Shown here one piece after another: positions 8,842 to 18,800 of a stretch of DNA of 32,000 nucleotides. The DNA comes from Methylophaga frappieri (lineage in GTDB: Bacteria; Pseudomonadota; Gammaproteobacteria; Nitrosococcales; Methylophagaceae). Under the pieces are notes generated by a model. The model was not told the DNA's origin, made no database searches, and saw nothing but the letters and a program-made list of their open reading frames with translations. Numbering within the stretch: position 1 is the first letter of the stretch; every line of letters starts with the position of its first letter. The stretch lies in assembly GCF_000260965.1 (NCBI RefSeq), contig NC_017856.1:570001-602000 (forward strand). The letters are read 5' to 3'. Made by a program: the position numbers and the translations under genes.

Positions 8842-9116
8842 GTCTGCAAAAACTGAAACAACGTGCTTTAGCCAATGCTGAAGTTAAGAATGAGTACGAT
8901 AAGCTTGAGAGTGAGTTCAGCTTTATTGATCAATTGCTTACCATGAGAACAAAGGCAGGACTTACTCAAGAACAAGTTGCTGAAAGAATGCATACCCAAA
9001 AAAGTAATGTCAGTCGTTTAGAAAAAGGTAATGCCAATCCAAGTTGGTCAACTCTTCTAAAATATGCTCACGCATGTGGCTTTGAACTAACACTCAAGCC
9101 ACAAAAAATGAGTTAA
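8838..9116 (+). CDS. higA: HigA-like XRE-family HTH antitoxin
   Basis: 92 aa with an HTH, LTQEQVAERMHTQKSNVSRLEKG. It is translationally coupled to the toxin gene. Confidence 0.7.
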   Translation: MSLQKLKQRALANAEVKNEYDKLESEFSFIDQLLTMRTKAGLTQEQVAERMHTQKSNVSRLEKGNANPSWSTLLKYAHACGFELTLKPQKMS

Positions 9117-9124
9117 CGTCATTC

Positions 9125-9145
9125 ATGAGGCCTAACTGGCCTCAT
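9125..9145. terminator. Hairpin between the convergent higA-like and traJ-like genes
   Basis: ATGAGGCC (9125-9132) and GGCCTCAT (9138-9145) form a GC-rich 8-bp stem with a 5-nt loop. It overlaps the traJ-like stop codon. T-rich sequence follows on the + strand. Confidence 0.5.
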
Positions 9146-9786
9146 ATCTTCTTCTGCAAGTGACTTAACGCCAACCCCGCCATCAATGCCAAGCCGATGA
9201 TCATCGACGGTAGTACCACCGGTGGAATAGCCAGCGGGGCGAACAATCCCATAAACAGCAAAATGACGCCTGAGCCCAGGATAATCATGCTGTAGCGGTG
9301 AATGATAGGGCTCGAAAAATCAAAGGTTGTTTTCTTAATCTTCCAGGTCATCAAGCCGTCCCACAACGCCGGTAACATGAGAATAAGCGCAAAGGGCAAC
9401 CAGACCATCAGCAAAGCAAATCGAGTGAACACTTGGTACAACACATCAAAAAATGCCTGAATACGGTCTTCTACCCAGACAAACCAAAAGCCTCCCATGT
9501 TCTCCATCCCTTTAGAACGAAGTCGCTGTTCTTCAGTGGGGATTAGAAAATCACGCACAGATTGCTCCATCTGCGTATCCACAATCCATGACTGATACCA
9601 GCCATGGCTAGTTTGACCAATCCAATAGCTTGTTTGAGCTCCCAATTGATTTTGGATCATCTGCTTCTCTTTACTAATGACCCGGCCAGTCCAATCACCG
9701 GGCACTAACACGCCAATGGCAATAATCTCTAGCATCAGTGCCAGACACAGTAGCCAAACCGACTTATGCTTGCTCATGCCAAACAT
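9142..9786 (-). CDS. traJ: Polytopic ICE conjugation membrane protein at the traJ (s043) position
   Basis: 214 aa with about 4 predicted TM helices. It is the last gene of the traI-traD block before hotspot 1. The name is assigned by synteny only. Confidence 0.55.
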   Translation of the reverse strand: MFGMSKHKSVWLLCLALMLEIIAIGVLVPGDWTGRVISKEKQMIQNQLGAQTSYWIGQTSHGWYQSWIVDTQMEQSVRDFLIPTEEQRLRSKGMENMGGFWFVWVEDRIQAFFDVLYQVFTRFALLMVWLPFALILMLPALWDGLMTWKIKKTTFDFSSPIIHRYSMIILGSGVILLFMGLFAPLAIPPVVLPSMIIGLALMAGLALSHLQKKI

Positions 9787-10324
9787 CCTCTTCTACTCGG
9801 GCCAGCATGGCAGCAACGGTTGGCGTCATAATCCGGGTTTTAATCACTTGTTGAAGCCGCTTTGTCGTCGTATGGCCACTGACATAACGCACGTCGATGC
9901 GTCCTTCAGTCAAATACGCCATCCGATTTGGACGATTACGAATCCAGGAGTAGAAATACACACCATCTACGGCGGCCCACTCGAAATGGTCAGGATCACG
10001 TAGGCGAATCCCTGTTAAAGCACTGGCGGCAGTCCAGGTCAGTGCCTCAATGAAATGCCAAAGGCGTACACTATCATCATCACAACTGACTTCTTCATAA
10101 CTACCCAGGCCATTGCACAGACACAAATCAAAGATGGAATGGCCATCTAAAGTGAACGCATCCGTTAAGTAGTCCGCCAAGCAATACACCGAGGCCAAAG
10201 CATGAGGCCAGTCGGTTTCAAGCAGTCTTAAGGTTTCCTTGAACTGGGGGTTATGTTGCTGCCACTGAGCGAGCATTTCTTTACTGGTAAGTGTTGTCAT
10301 TTTCAGACAGACAGAATGATGCAT
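9764..10324 (-). CDS. Conserved hypothetical protein of the traI-traD-traJ operon
   Basis: 186 aa with no TM segment. An AAGGAG RBS lies 5-6 nt upstream of the ATG at 10324, immediately after the traD stop. It overlaps the downstream gene by 23 nt. I recognise no domain. Confidence 0.6.
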   Translation of the reverse strand: MHHSVCLKMTTLTSKEMLAQWQQHNPQFKETLRLLETDWPHALASVYCLADYLTDAFTLDGHSIFDLCLCNGLGSYEEVSCDDDSVRLWHFIEALTWTAASALTGIRLRDPDHFEWAAVDGVYFYSWIRNRPNRMAYLTEGRIDVRYVSGHTTTKRLQQVIKTRIMTPTVAAMLARVEEDVWHEQA

Positions 10325-10333
10325 ACAGACTCC

Positions 10334-12154
10334 TTATGCTGCCTGTGTAGAGCTGGTTAAAATAGGAATTCGACCTTTGATCACGCGGCCGCCTGAAAGC
10401 TTGGCGATGTACTCCAGGTTGGGGAGCTGGCCTAATAACTGCGGTGGAAACATATCACCTTCTTCCTCCATCAAGCGCTCGCCATGATTGCCGGTAAATA
10501 ACGCGGGGCTGTCCGAGTTGGACGACATACCTTGAGTTTGCATGATGTACTGCAACCGAGTCTTAGGCAGATTGTCGGTAATGTATTGCTGCGTTTCGGC
10601 ATCCATCACCCGAAGGGCTATCAAGTTGTTGATGTTACCTAACACCTGGCGCGCCTTAGCTTCACTGCCTGTTCGAGCTGCAAAGTCAGCAAATGTCTGA
10701 GTAGCAATCACACAACGCATTTTTGCGCCACGACCTTTGTTGAGCAGTTGAATGAAGGGATCGTTGACGACTTCAGCCGCCTCATCGATGAAGATATTTA
10801 CGGGACGATTTTCAACACCATAGTTATAGCGATCACCGGCCACGGCGGTGAGATCGGATAAAAGCAACGAACCAATGGCGCTGCCAACCATGGCGTCGGT
10901 CAATGAATCCAACCCGATATAGGCCACTTGGGCATTGTTGATAATACGGCCAGAATCCGTAATTAACCGGCTGTCATCCACATCGTTTGCAATAGGTGAT
11001 AGCAATGGCCCTAATTCACTTGAAGTGAGCATATTGAGCACCGGCATCAATGAGGCCACCATCTTGGAATAGTGGGTTCTGTCATGCTCAAACATGCTCA
11101 AAAGGCCTTCCAAATCGGTATTGGCGGCAATGGGCTGAATGCGTTCGTAGTAAAAAAGCAGCATCGCCATGGCTTGTTTTGCCAAGGTATTGGCCTTTTC
11201 AGTAAAGCGTTTAATCTCCACACTAAAGTTTGGATACACCTGCTCCCCCCAGGCTGTGACGGCTTTTACTACCAAGCCTTCTGGGCCACCTTCCAAGAAT
11301 CGTCTCAGTGTTTTCAGATCAGGGCGCTGTGAAGTAAGCAACAGACCTTGCACTATGTTATTCAGTGCCATTTGGCCAAAGGCTTTAAATGGATCAGCAC
11401 CGGTTTCGGATGGGATTAATGCCGCAATTCGGCTGGCAATTTCAGTGCCCCGGTTAAAGTTTCTCAGGGGATTAAGACGTACTGAATGCTCTGGAAAACC
11501 CGGATGAAAATACACAAAGCGCTCAGGACTACCGGCGGCAATACAGGCTCGCTGCGCATTATCCTTAAGTTCTTTGTCGCCCTTGGGATCAATAATAATC
11601 ACAGCTTCATTGCGCAAAATGGCCTGAGTGATCATCGCATCAAAGCATCGGGTTTTTCCGGCACCGGTCGTACCGACAATTAAGGTGTGCCCCTCAGTGT
11701 GACCAACTGGCTGGTAAACATCTTCTTCTTTGGGCTCAACACCATGAATCCAGGTCGAACCCATTTGTTTGCCGTGACCTTGGTTAAGCAAGGTTTGCTT
11801 ATCCCGCTTTAAGATTTCATAAGCGCGTTGAGCATGACGTTGATCCCACTCAAAGCCATACCCTAACCACAATTCATCAGGATGTTTTGCCATCACCTTT
11901 TGCAAATGCGACAGCTCCATAAAAGCCAATGGTTTGCCTTTTAGCCCCTTCTGCAATTTATACAGACGGTAAGCCTCAGGCAGGCGGTACAACGCCATGC
12001 CCGAGGAAATCCCTGTCATCCACCAAAATGGCTCAGGTGGTAGCTCAGTCAGCATTTCTGCGGCAATTGCCCCAGTGGCCCCAACCAGCCAACCCGCTGC
12101 TGCCATGGCCTCATAGTTCGTGCGCCAGGGCATTTCGTATGCGTTTTCTTTCAT
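10334..12154 (-). CDS. traD: TraD, type IV coupling protein (VirD4/TraD family)
   Basis: 606 aa with N-terminal TM segments, Walker A GTTGAGKT and Walker B-like VNIFIDEAA. It lies directly downstream of the relaxase gene. Confidence 0.9.
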   Translation of the reverse strand: MKENAYEMPWRTNYEAMAAAGWLVGATGAIAAEMLTELPPEPFWWMTGISSGMALYRLPEAYRLYKLQKGLKGKPLAFMELSHLQKVMAKHPDELWLGYGFEWDQRHAQRAYEILKRDKQTLLNQGHGKQMGSTWIHGVEPKEEDVYQPVGHTEGHTLIVGTTGAGKTRCFDAMITQAILRNEAVIIIDPKGDKELKDNAQRACIAAGSPERFVYFHPGFPEHSVRLNPLRNFNRGTEIASRIAALIPSETGADPFKAFGQMALNNIVQGLLLTSQRPDLKTLRRFLEGGPEGLVVKAVTAWGEQVYPNFSVEIKRFTEKANTLAKQAMAMLLFYYERIQPIAANTDLEGLLSMFEHDRTHYSKMVASLMPVLNMLTSSELGPLLSPIANDVDDSRLITDSGRIINNAQVAYIGLDSLTDAMVGSAIGSLLLSDLTAVAGDRYNYGVENRPVNIFIDEAAEVVNDPFIQLLNKGRGAKMRCVIATQTFADFAARTGSEAKARQVLGNINNLIALRVMDAETQQYITDNLPKTRLQYIMQTQGMSSNSDSPALFTGNHGERLMEEEGDMFPPQLLGQLPNLEYIAKLSGGRVIKGRIPILTSSTQAA

Positions 12155-12202
12155 TCATGCTCCGCAAAATAACCGTTTGCAATCTGCTCAACTTAAAATG
12201 GA

Positions 12203-14353
12203 TTAACGTTCAGCGTGAGCGGTAAACAGAACCGTTTCCCCCTCATCAAACTGGCATTGGTCACTGGCCGAGATCCCCCGAAGCAGCTGTCCGGCTGGAA
12301 TACCATGCTCATTGGCGACTTGGCGTAAGGTTTGAATCGTGACGCGAATACCATCGGCACTATGATCCACGTCTGGGTAATCACCATCGGTCAGTAAGAT
12401 GGGCAAATCTTTCACAAAATTAACCATCTGTTGCCGCTGCACGTGTTTGGGGTCGGTACTTGAGTTCGCATTGGCCGCAATCGGCTTTTGCTTACGCTCA
12501 GCTCTTGTGGCGAGCTCTTTTGCTTGGGCACTGGTTGTCTCAGTTCGACTCGGACGCTGTGAAGCCTCTTTGTTCTGAATTGCTGACACTGATTCTGCGT
12601 CTTGTTTGGGAAGGTCAATCAGTGCAGTAAGCCCTTTAGAAATCGATACTTTCAGCAGCAACCCTTGCTCCTGAACGCCATCTTTCGTAGTCACAGTTCT
12701 GGCCTTACGTGTCGGGTTTGCGGGATCTAGTTCAAGCCAATCTAATTGACTGAGTTCAGCAAGCAGTTTTCGGGGAGCACACCAAGGCCTTACGGCATCG
12801 GGATAGCGGATCAAGATCTGTTCACCAACCATAACCAACGCACTGCTGGCCCCTGGGAGCCACGCTAAAGATTCAGGCAGATTCAATGTTGCTTCGTTTT
12901 GCTGGCTTACGTTATTTCCGATTGCAGCATCGTTTGAATCGTTAGGCTTTTCGCATCCATCACCTGGAGCATTTTCAGTTGCCTGGGGGTTATTAACATC
13001 ACTAGCAAGACGAAGTTCATCATCTTGTTCGGACGGTTTTGTCGATGGCGACTTAGTCGAATTGCTATGTTCGATTGATGATGACGCTTCAGGCAAGTCT
13101 GGATGCTCACTGGAACGACTCTGAGGTTCTGCTTGTGTTTGCTGTGTTGCTTCCCACTCAGATTTGCTAAACAGTCTCACGCTACTTGGTACATTCGAGC
13201 TGAACAATAAATCGGCCTCAGATATATGCAGCATGGGTAACCAGATTGGTTTGTCGTCTTTGATCAGCACTTCAGGGGCAAGGCTTTCATATCGCTCATT
13301 TGAGGCGGATTTCGTGGCCAATCCTCGCTCAATGAGGATGTCCGCAAGGGTATCGGGATCTCTTGGAATGCCAGGTATCTTGTCTTTGGACAACAGCTCA
13401 ATGATGTCCTTAGCCGCGCTTTTCCAAACCAGGTAAAGATGGGTTGATTGATTTGATTTTCGTACCCAGACTCTGGCGTCTCGCTGATTGACCAGCCATT
13501 GCGAACTGGCAAGTAATCGCCTCATGGCATCAAGTAGATAGCGTTCGACTGGGACACCAAGGGCATTGTCGTCAACGGAAATTCGTTGAGCTTTTAGGTC
13601 TCGCTGGACACTGGTTTGGTCAGCTTCAATAACCAATTTGGACAGGACATGATCGGGATCGGTATTGCCAATTGCCTCCAGCATGGCTTGCAAAATCTCA
13701 GGGCCCGGCTGGGTTAACCAGGCGAGCAACTCAGGTGTCATCACCCGGTTTAAAACCAGAATTGAGAATTGCTCGTGCCGCTTGCAACGTCCGTCGCGCC
13801 AGCGAATGAAATAGCGTTCAATGCTGTTATTAGTGGTCCACTGAGATAAGGTTTCTAAAAAAGGGTTCCATTGATAGCGTCCATCTTCATCCGTGATGGA
13901 CAAGTCTGAAACGGGCTTACCAATATCATGGAACAAACCGCCCAATGCCGCCGCAACACGCCACCTTGGCTCTAGCTCTTTTTTCTCAACTGGAGTGCCA
14001 CTGGTAACAAAAATGATCCCTTCAGCTGCTTGTGCCGCCCAGAAAGCAACTTCCAACGAATGACGTAATAAACCACCAGCACCACTGTGATGATGATGCT
14101 CAGAAGCTGGCAGCAAGTGGACATAAGCAGCCAGATGATCAATGCAGGGCTGAATCAGCCTTTGAAACTCACGCTGATTAAAGCCAAGTACCTGGCGCAG
14201 TTTGGCAATTAGCTCGTCTTGTGTGGACTGCAAATCCTCGGGGGACGCAGCTGGCAACCCTTTCAGGAATGGCGGGTAGCGTGGAATTTCCGCATCCGGT
14301 TGCGATGACAGCTCTGGTAGTGCTTTGGTTTGAAAAAATAGGTTTTTGAACAT
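12203..14353 (-). CDS. traI: TraI, MobH-family relaxase with HD domain
   Basis: 716 aa with a His cluster and HD motifs (HHHHSGAGGLLRHSLEV, FHDIGK) typical of SXT/R391/IncA/C MobH relaxases. The C-terminal half contains Ser/Thr/Pro/Gln-rich linkers. GGAGG is the RBS. Confidence 0.9.
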   Translation of the reverse strand: MFKNLFFQTKALPELSSQPDAEIPRYPPFLKGLPAASPEDLQSTQDELIAKLRQVLGFNQREFQRLIQPCIDHLAAYVHLLPASEHHHHSGAGGLLRHSLEVAFWAAQAAEGIIFVTSGTPVEKKELEPRWRVAAALGGLFHDIGKPVSDLSITDEDGRYQWNPFLETLSQWTTNNSIERYFIRWRDGRCKRHEQFSILVLNRVMTPELLAWLTQPGPEILQAMLEAIGNTDPDHVLSKLVIEADQTSVQRDLKAQRISVDDNALGVPVERYLLDAMRRLLASSQWLVNQRDARVWVRKSNQSTHLYLVWKSAAKDIIELLSKDKIPGIPRDPDTLADILIERGLATKSASNERYESLAPEVLIKDDKPIWLPMLHISEADLLFSSNVPSSVRLFSKSEWEATQQTQAEPQSRSSEHPDLPEASSSIEHSNSTKSPSTKPSEQDDELRLASDVNNPQATENAPGDGCEKPNDSNDAAIGNNVSQQNEATLNLPESLAWLPGASSALVMVGEQILIRYPDAVRPWCAPRKLLAELSQLDWLELDPANPTRKARTVTTKDGVQEQGLLLKVSISKGLTALIDLPKQDAESVSAIQNKEASQRPSRTETTSAQAKELATRAERKQKPIAANANSSTDPKHVQRQQMVNFVKDLPILLTDGDYPDVDHSADGIRVTIQTLRQVANEHGIPAGQLLRGISASDQCQFDEGETVLFTAHAER

Positions 14354-14356
14354 AGT

Positions 14357-14385
14357 GAACCTCCGACACGATAGTGTGGAGGTTC
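14357..14385 (-). promoter_or_regulatory. Hairpin sequestering the traI Shine-Dalgarno sequence
   Basis: The minus-sense RNA reads GAACCUCC-ACAC-UAUC-GUGU-C-GGAGGUUC. It forms 8 bp plus 4 bp with one bulge and a tetraloop. The 3' arm is the GGAGG SD, and the AUG (14353) follows 3 nt later. Confidence 0.5.
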
Positions 14386-14433
14386 AAACAGGGTTGTTTA
14401 GTTCGATAGCTTCAAGAATCTTGCATCAAACTG

Positions 14434-15831
14434 TCATACCAATTTCTGGCCACTAAGTACCAAAGGTCCGTACTCTCTGCGCTCCATGTTTGCATCGTAA
14501 TTTCCCAGGTATGACTCAAACTCCTGTTGGATACGATCAATATCTGAGGTCTCCGTCGTGATGAACCCAAATGGAATAGAAGCTGATTCACCCGGTTTTT
14601 GTAGGTAAAAGCAAAGCAAGGAAAAGACACCAGGAATAGAAATGACTTCTACTGACCCGCCCAGAAAACCTTCAGCAACCTTTATAGCTTTGTCCTTCAT
14701 TGGGCCGAGTGCCTTTTTCCATATCTGTTCCTGATGTTTGTCCCTGCTACCTGCCACAGGCAGATAGAGAAGGGTTTGAAGCCCTTTGGTGGCATTGAGC
14801 AATTCTGAAGTTCGACTAAAGGATTGATTGCTCATTAGCCAAAAACGATCTGACGGTGCTAGCCAGGTACATGTGGCACTGGATTTGCCGTCCTTCAAAT
14901 GCTTCTTGATGAGAGTCGTTAATTGGTTCCAGTTGGCGCTATTTGTTGGCGTGCCTAGAAAGTAGGAGCGGCAAGATGATGAGGCGCTTTGTTTAACCGC
15001 TAATATGGCTAGTGCAGTAAGGTCAATGCCATCCGATGTGAAACAATCGAGTAATTGTGGTTCATTTAGCGTAACTAACGCAGAAACAATGTCCTGAATA
15101 TTAGAGGAGTTATATGAGCTGAGTAGTACCTCGTTCAGATTTTTTTGGATTTCATCAACATCAAAAAAACGGCTTTCTGAATGTCGTTCGATTGAATTAC
15201 GTTCAGTGTCGAGTGAAAAAGTAAGCGCAAAACGGGCGGTATAATCTTTATTCTTTCTGACATCCGATAATTTATACAGCTCTACTTTACGAATATCGTT
15301 AACACCATCGAAGCTGATCGACTCTTCCTCAAAAATATCAATATAGTTTCTTAGGAATGCCGATTTAGCATAGTTGATACTATTGCTGAGTTTCTCTGTT
15401 TCTGGAGAAAGGCGTATGGCATTTAGAGGAGAACTAATCTTGTCATCGGATCGAATTAAACCAAATGACAATAGGTCAAATTTGAAGGTACTGGTTCCTT
15501 CAAATAATTTTGTGATTTTCGGACGATTGTCAGAGAGCCCATCAAAATATTTATGCGCCTCAGCGGTCAGTTGAATATTACCCTCGTTGTCCACGGAGAT
15601 TTCATTCAGGCTGACTAATTGCGACACAGCTATGCTGATTTCCTTTTCAGAGAGTCCAAGAAATTTCGCCAATTGGGTAGCCGACATATTACCCACTTTC
15701 AGCAGGCGCAGGATAAACTCGCGAATGAAGGGTAAATCACTTCTGCCTACCAGTGTGTATTCAAACCTAAAGGCCTGAACAGGTACCGCAATATCTATCG
15801 TCATTAGAGGAATCAAAGTGTGATTTTTCAT
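14434..15831 (-). CDS. Unknown-function partner protein with a predicted N-terminal winged-HTH, coupled to the NERD-kinase-helicase gene
   Basis: The track ORF (506 aa) begins inside the upstream gene. The ATG at 15831 (MKNHTLIPL...) shares its A with the upstream TAA (TAATG), giving 465 aa. Residues ~33-100 (FIREFILRLLKVGNMSATQLAKFLGLSEKEISIAVSQLVSLNEISVDNEGNIQL) look like a MarR/TrmB-type wHTH. I recognise no motif in the rest. Confidence 0.75.
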   Translation of the reverse strand: MKNHTLIPLMTIDIAVPVQAFRFEYTLVGRSDLPFIREFILRLLKVGNMSATQLAKFLGLSEKEISIAVSQLVSLNEISVDNEGNIQLTAEAHKYFDGLSDNRPKITKLFEGTSTFKFDLLSFGLIRSDDKISSPLNAIRLSPETEKLSNSINYAKSAFLRNYIDIFEEESISFDGVNDIRKVELYKLSDVRKNKDYTARFALTFSLDTERNSIERHSESRFFDVDEIQKNLNEVLLSSYNSSNIQDIVSALVTLNEPQLLDCFTSDGIDLTALAILAVKQSASSSCRSYFLGTPTNSANWNQLTTLIKKHLKDGKSSATCTWLAPSDRFWLMSNQSFSRTSELLNATKGLQTLLYLPVAGSRDKHQEQIWKKALGPMKDKAIKVAEGFLGGSVEVISIPGVFSLLCFYLQKPGESASIPFGFITTETSDIDRIQQEFESYLGNYDANMERREYGPLVLSGQKLV

Positions 15832-18800
15832 TATCGTTTCCCTCCATTCTTCACCGTCTGTTTCGCTGACACGATGCGATACTCTTCGCTTTGGTGACTT
15901 TGGATATACGAGGCCACTTGGCCAAGTGGCAAAGAAGCGTTTTCTCGGTTCCACATTTGCATGGAGCCAACAATCAATAAACGATCCATAGCACGAGACA
16001 TGGCAACATTGATCCGGTTAGGTTCTTTCAAAAACTTGGGCTTTCGATCTTTACCATTGCGGGTAATTGACACAATGATTACCCGATTCTCCTTACCTTG
16101 ATAGCTATCAACCGTATCGATTTTGATCAGGGTTCTGAACTCAGGACTCCAGGCTAATTCGTTGAACTTTCTTCGTAAGAGTCGTTTTTGAGCACCATAC
16201 ATACAGATAACGCCAATGGCAGGTTCGCCTGAAGAAACTAGAGAGGTAAGCTGTTCAACATAGTCGCCATTGGCTTCAATCTCTTTTAAAACGGCGAGAA
16301 TCTGATTTGCTTCTTCAAGATTAACGAGGCTCGTACCATCTTCACTGTCGAAGCCGAACTTACATTCTGACGTGTCCAGCCAGGTCACAGGTGCTTTCAA
16401 AACATCGATGCCATCATTATAAAAAACAGGGATTTCTCGATCTCCTGTGATCAAAGGTTGTTCATAGAAAGTATCTGAAACCAGTCGACTGATCGGTTCA
16501 GCCATACGGTATTGAGTCAAAAGGCTCCTTCCGACGGCTTTGCCGTATGGAGACAGAAATGCCTTTTCAAAATCGCTCTTGAAGACTTCCTTTTGAAATG
16601 GCTCAACTCTTGGAACACCCAGTTTCCTCAATATGGCGTTTTTATGCTCCTCCTGGAATAGAGGTGGCAATTGCTTGTGATCCCCAACCAGCAAAATACG
16701 ATTGGCAGATTGCATTGCAATAGCAAGCTCTGATGATATAGAACGTGCCGCTTCGTCGATAATCACCCAGTCATATTGAATCTGATTTAGGCCCAGATGC
16801 CCGAGCCCCATACCTACGCAAGTCCCGCATACCAAAGTTCTGGATCTGGCCAGAAACTCCTCATAGCTTCCAGGATTGGATGATAGCCTGTCTCTGTAAT
16901 CATTAACCAAATCTAACAGGGCGCTTATGCGTCTATGCTCATGGGGGCCGATGCCATAAAGCACATTAAGGTGCTTATCGATTTTTTCACCGATACTGCC
17001 TAGCTCCAACTCACTGATCTCAATTGAATATGATTCATTGAGTTCAGATATGATTTGATAACAAAGCGATTCCAGGCTAGACGATAAACTGGCTGACAGT
17101 TGCTCGTCCGAAGAATCACTAATATCAGCCTGCAAGCGAAGTGCGTTTTTGATTTTCTTCTTGATACCAAGTTCCGCGTTGAGAATGGCATCAATATACT
17201 CAGGTTCCAACTTTAGTGATGGCTGAATAAACTGAATTCGCTCCCTGATTTCAGCAATAAAGGACTGTCTTCTTGATTCGATCAAGTTGCGTGAATAAAC
17301 ATCTTTAAGGCCTTGGGAGACCGATGCTTCTGAGTTACTGAATCGAACAATATCAATTGGAGTTTCCAGTCTAGAGCAGTGTTTACGGATACGCTCAACA
17401 GCCGTATTGACGGCCTCGTGTGACTGACTAACAAGCAAAATATGCTGTGCATTACCTTCAGTCATCAAGTAATGTACGAACGCCGAGATAAACTCTGTTT
17501 TACCTGTGCCTGGTGGCCCTTGTAAAAGTGACAGTGGCCCTTTGCTAAACAGGGTTTTGAAGGCATCGCGCTGTGCCTCGTTCAGACTAACTGTCAAATT
17601 GTCCTCATCGTCATATTGATTATATCGATCCAACTGTTCTTCAGTAGGAACAACTTTATAATCCGTAAAAGGTTGATCTATAGAGGGCTCAAAATAGTCT
17701 GTTAGGTCAGATATGACCGCATTCTTATTGAGCACTCTCTCCATCGCCTTTTTACGGCGACTGTAGGATGCCCTGTCTCGTTTTGTGCGAAGGTATAAAA
17801 CGTCGCCGGTTTTTGGGTAATTCTTACCGGAACTCAGCGGGACTCGCATTTCTGAGCTGGTGGACTGGTCAATGTTGACCTTCCCTACGATAAACTCCTT
17901 ATCATCGACCTTCTTGATGGCGATGACATCATCCTCTTTAGAAAAGCGGTCAAGCACTTCGTTATCTGAATCATAAGGAATAACCAATTCATTTTTTCGA
18001 ATATCAGGCTTCGGATCGTCGGCGACTTCAACGCTTGGAAGCGCTTCTGTCTCTGTCTCTAAAATAGCCTTCCATATGTTCTTTGTGGCAATCTTTTCAT
18101 TCTTTATTGAAACAATGGATTCTTCATCATATTCAACATCAGCAAGTAACTTCTTGAGTTGCTCATCAATGTCTTTACTGAGCTTCTCATCGACCTCTTT
18201 GCTTTGAGTGTTTTCCTTAACTGCTGCTTTACTATCAATAAGAAATGTTTCGTGAGCCAATAGGTAGGACTGAAGTGCTGAGGTATCCGTCTGGTAATCA
18301 GAAGGTTCGATGTTGATTTTTATGGGTAGCGTTAACTGGCTTTTATCCCGAATCCAGGGTGGAATATCATCGGTTTTGCGAGGTGTTAGTCCACCTTCGA
18401 TAGCTTCATTTATCGGGTTAAAGAAAATCGTCCAGGAAGAGTCTACACCAGACAGTAACACCTTCACTGAGTCTGTATTTTTCGTGGAGGGTTCATAAAA
18501 CAGAAACAGCTCGCCGTTATCAGGTAAAAGACTGATTGCTTCGTTAAAGTCCTGACGGAATAGCTGGACGTTCAACTCCTCGATGGATTCAGATGAGGTT
18601 TCGTAAAGCTCTTTGAGTGACTGGCTAAATCTTTCCAAAGAAATAAACCCGGCACTGTCCGATTTTTCAGCTTTGATGATTTCAATTAACTGCGGATGCG
18701 TATTTTCTTCTTCTAGGTCATCCCAGTCGAGTCCAAGGAGCTCACAAGCCATACGAATAACAGCATAGTTATCGCGCACAATGGCTGTTGCGTTATGGAT

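Noticed and set aside
14354-14433. The hairpin-containing region upstream of traI as a possible oriT
   Set aside because: In SXT/R391 elements oriT has been mapped next to mobI, far from traI. The hairpin also overlaps the SD and is better explained as an mRNA structure.
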